From Malacoraja senta (taxonomy: Eukaryota), in assembly GCA_038087875.1 (NCBI GenBank), contig CM075996.1, positions 4,464,001-4,528,000 of the forward strand: a stretch of 64,000 nt of DNA. The letters are read 5' to 3'. The notes under the pieces are model-generated. The model had not been told where the DNA came from. It made no database searches and saw nothing but the letters and a program-made list of their open reading frames with translations. The position numbers and the translations under genes are program-made. Below are positions 59,858 through 64,000 of the stretch, in pieces (positions within the stretch are counted from its first letter, which is position 1; each line of letters starts with the position of its first letter).

Positions 59858-60030
59858 AGTAGACGCAAAATGCTGGAGTAACTCAGCGGGTGCAGCAGCA
59901 TCTCTGGAGAGAAGGAATGGGCGACGTTTCGGGTAGAGACCCTTCAAAATGCTGCCTCACCCGCTGAGTTACTCCAGCATTTTGTGTCTACCATCGATTT
60001 AAACCAGCATCTGCAGTTCTTTCTTACACA
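59858..60030 (+). mobile_element. Fold-back Penelope-derived short element
   Basis: Inverted arms flanked by direct repeat TTCTTAAAAAGGAA. Confidence 0.75.
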
Positions 60031-60254
60031 TTCTTAAAAAGGAATCTGCTTTTCAAAAACAAAATGATTCCACTTTGTATATTCAGATTATTTTCTAAAT
60101 ATACTGTTAGAACTATCTGACTAAAGTTATTCTTGAAGTAGATGGAGAAGCAAAACATGGTGTCTGTGAAAGATGGGATTTGGGTCTGACTGACTCTAAG
60201 ACGATGTATATCCCTCGTACTAATGTGCTGTTGTACAAGCAATGGCGATTGACA

Positions 60255-60550
60255 CCACTACAATGGGGCCTCACAGCACCAACGACCCAGGTTTTATGCT
60301 GACCTCAGGTGCTGTCTGCGGGAGTTTGCACATTCTACCTGTGGCCGTGTGGGTTTCCTCCGGGTGATCTGGTTTCCACCCACATTTCAAAGACGTGCAG
60401 GTTTGTAGGTTAATTGGCCTATGTAAATTGCCGCTAGTATGTCGGAAGTAACTGGGAAAGTAGAACTAGTGTGAAGGGGTGATCGATGGTCAGCATGGAC
60501 TTGGTGGGCCAAAGGGCCTGTTTTTATGCTGTATTTCGTAATAAACTAAA
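60255..60550 (+). mobile_element. V-SINE
   Basis: V-domain and tail. Confidence 0.8.
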
Positions 60551-61339
60551 CCCAATGAGTTTGAGATAAGATGGGAACAGCTACAAACTGTCATCAAATG
60601 TTTTAAGCAATTTATTTAAGAATCATGTTCTACAGAGTTGATTTTTAGAGGCTCTATAAACGACACCGAAATCCGGTAAAACGCAACTGGGCCCCACTAA
60701 AATATGGTTATTTTAACAAAGGATTTATGAAACCTGTTTACTTTCTGCACTGTTGTCTTCAGACATGATCAACAGGAGATGTTCCCAGTCATCGCCATTC
60801 TTCCTGATGACAGTGATCTCACTTTGTGCAGGGTGCACGAGGAAGTGGAAAGTCATGGTGATCTCACTTGACACCAGTTCCCTTTCCAGTGCCTGAGAAT
60901 ATGTAAATACAAACCTCTTGCCTCATCCTGTTACTTTTTCATTAAAAGCTTTTTGTAACTAATGCAGGATAAGTGTAGAATTAACAATATGTTCATTTTG
61001 CATTTATTGACATTTATGGGCAACATCTTAAGGTTTGGGGGATAGGTTGAGAGGTAGGCAGAGTTTGTTTTATTCCCTGCAGGTTGTCAACAATCTCAAG
61101 AAATCTTTTGAGTGGTGCAGCGGTAGAATTGCTGCCTTATAGCACCAGAGACTAGGGTTTGATCCTGACTACGGGTTGCGTACTGAGTTTGTACATTCTG
61201 TAAAACATTTGTAACTGGGTTTTATCTCGTGTACTAAGGAAGAGAGGGCAGAGGGGATTAGGGAAAGACGTCCAAACCTTAAACACGAGGATTGAAGCTC
61301 TGAACTTGTGTTACCTGACTGTCGACATAAGGGACATTG

Positions 61340-61860
61340 GTATTGGTTTATTATTGTCATGTGTTCCGAGACACAATGACAAACTTTGTTCTGCATACTA
61401 TCCAAGAAAATCATACCATCCATCTATGCACACATACATGCCTACAACCGGTAGTGCAAGAAGAGAAATGCAACATATAATGTTACTGTTCCAGAGAAAG
61501 TGCAGATAAAAAAAGTGCAAGAGCTGCAATGAGGTAGATTGGGAGATTGAGAATACATCCTGAGGTCCATTGGAGGTCCATTGAAGAGTCTGATAACAGC
61601 AGGGAATAAGATTTCTTGCATCTGGTGGTATGTACTTTCAAGCGGGAGAGGAGAGAACAGAGAGTGGCCGGGCTGTGAGTGGTCCTTGATTACGTTGGCT
61701 GCTTTCCCATGGCAGTGTGGTGCAGATGAAATCGATAGAGGCAGAGGTTGGTTTGCATGATGGACAGGACTTCATCCATAACTGACATTTCTTGTGGTCT
61801 TGAGCAGAGTAGTTGCCAAACCAAGCTGTGATGCATCCCAACATGGAGGAACAAGGCAGT
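61340..61860 (-). mobile_element. Degenerate Rex1/Babar LINE fragment
   Basis: GCITAWFGNYSAQDHKK motif in ORF 61638..62018. Confidence 0.7.
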
Positions 61861-63017
61861 GTGACTTTGACTATGGGCCTCAGGAAGCAGAAGGACGTGC
61901 AACCGGTTTGATTCATGTTTTTGTATTCTTTTCCAGTGTTCTTTCTTAAAGACGTGACTGCGTACTTGGCCCATTTCAGGATAGATTCTAGCCTCAGATG
62001 TTTAGGCCAAGTGACCATTGAGTCCTAAGCAACTAACTGCTGGAGAAACTCAGCAGATCAAGCAGCATCCGTGGTGGGAAATGGACGTCGACATTTTGGA
62101 TCAAAACCCTTCATCTGACCCAAAACATTGACTGTCCATTTCCACAGATGCTGCTCGACTTACTGAGTTCTTCCAGCAGGTTGTTCGCTGCTCCAGACCA
62201 CAGCATGGGCAGTGTCTAGGATGGCTACTAAATCTTATTTGTCTCATCCATCAGTTGAGAAAATGGCAGCCAATGCCAATACATTGACCAAATGAGGTTT
62301 TAGTTGTGGTCATTGTTTAGCTACTGGGAGTACATATCCTGATTGCTTTTGTTTCCATTCCTTTGTCTTCAACTTACCAAAAGTCTGCAATGAATTTCAG
62401 TGCATCTATCGCTGAGATGAGCTAAATCGACAACTCCGATCACTGGCTCAGAGATTACTTTTTGTTTTTAAAGATGGCAAGGAACTCTGAGACCATGTGG
62501 GTGAGTTAACTGGAGTCTTATACGGCCGTTGTGTTAACCTTCTTTTAACTGAGTGATTTTTCTGAAATAGATGGAGAATATATTGAAAGAAAAAACAACA
62601 ATAGATAACTGGATGTTCAGCCAAGGAATGGTGAGAGTTCACCATGCGGTGGATCTGCTGTGACTCCTCAGGGCCTCTAACTGTGGGCTAACGTGGTGAT
62701 GTTGCAGGCAGTGTTGGGGAACGAGCTTGCCTTGGGTGACACCAGTATGCCTTTAATCTGCTGCTGTAGCTTCGTGTTTTGCAGCATTTCAAAAGAATTG
62801 CGGAACACTACAGAACAAATCAACGTCTCTTCTTTCTTGCCCTCCCCATTACAACTACCCTTCAGTTCTGATCTGAGATCTAGGTTTGGTTCTCTTTCTC
62901 ATGCCAAACAAAAAACATCCTGCTAGGGCACCGTCAGGACTTGGATGAATTTCACAAGTTAGTATTCACTACTTGGGAGTAGTCAATTAGCCCAACTCAA
63001 CCATGCTGGGGGGTTTT

Positions 63018-63311
63018 GGGCGGCATGGTGGCGCAGCGGTAGAGGTGCTGCCTTATCGTGCCACAGACCCGGGTTCACCCCTGACTATGGGTGCTTGTCT
63101 TGTAGGGAGTTTGTATGTTCTCCCCGTGACCTGCGTTGGTTTTCTACAGGATCTCCAGTTTGCCTCCCACACTCCAAAGACGTACAGGTTTGTGGGGTTA
63201 AATGGCTTGGTATAATTGTAAATTGCCCCTAGTGTGTGCAGGATAGCATTAGTGTGCGGGGATCGGTGCCAAAGGGCCTGTTTCCACGTTGTATCTCAAA
63301 ACTAAACTAAA
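63018..63311 (+). mobile_element. V-SINE (HE1-like), near full length
   Basis: GGGCGGCATGGTGGCGCAGCGGTAGAG head to aaactaaactaaa tail. Confidence 0.88.
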
Positions 63312-64000
63312 TATGGGAGTCTCTTCCTACTCTTCATCTGTCACCATTGGCCTAACTGATCCTTTTCTCCTTCATATATTATCTAGTTTATGGGTTTTCA
63401 GTTACAAGAGGAGGGCCGAGTCAAATTGATAGACAAATGTGAAATGAGGGAATGAAGAAAGGTCAACACAAACCTTTGGTCCAATCACCTGGCATCCCAA
63501 ATACAATTTGTATCTCCTCGCATTGACTTGCTGAGTATCTTCCTGCCGACTGTGCATCTGAAGACAGTTGAGAGAAATGGGAGTTTATCTCACCAAAGTT
63601 GAGCACTGCGTGTCATTTCATTACAGCTTGGATCAGGGGCCTTGCCTGATTTTCCCCTTTCCCCTCTGCTCCATATTTGTCCTTAACTTCTCCATGAAGA
63701 AAATAATTCATTTGAAGTGTCCTGTTTAATTATTTTTCATTTTAAACTACCACACCATAAATACACCACCATTTTATATTTTCTGACAAATATTGATGAA
63801 TCTGAATTCTCCTACCTCTCAAATTGGTTTTGCTTGTCAAAAGCTTCTCCTCGTCAAAAAATAAAAAGTAATTTGTTGATGGGATCTGATTATTGCTAAC
63901 TGTGTGCATCCAGGCAAGTGAATGTTTCAATACTCTCTGTGGCCTGGGGTCTTGTAACTCTGAATTCAGTACATCTTGGGTGTTGTTGTTTTTTCTTCAA

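Noticed and set aside
59693-64000. TOM1 exons 13-15 (IE.WL and SEEFDKFLEER motifs)
   Set aside because: No matching sequence found by eye; these exons probably lie beyond the window.

Overview
Vertebrate genomic DNA, most likely from a cartilaginous fish (skate or ray), inferred from HE1/V-SINE, CR1 and Penelope repeats. Two + strand multi-exon genes are present. HMGXB4 contributes its last 8 coding exons (2402-13370, ~555 aa; 5' exons lie outside the window). TOM1 contributes exons 1-12 (20829-59692, 412 codons; no terminal exons recognised) and has a CpG-island promoter. A degenerate tRNA-Cys fused to a CR1 3' tail lies between them. Introns are dense with V-SINEs, CR1, Rex1/Babar, L2, Penelope relics and MITEs. 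Best finding: a ~139-nt TSD-flanked retroposon present twice (32457-32595 +, 54187-54323 -). It consists of a 54-nt minimal HDV-like ribozyme starting at base 1, a hairpin body and a (GAA)n tail, and the intact copy is sense in TOM1 intron 1. Also notable are roughly 25-30 Penelope-derived short repeats with minimal hammerhead motifs, often as fold-backs, and a helically phased CCAAT/GC-box array in TOM1 intron 1. Family names and comparisons with human proteins come from recall, not database searches.
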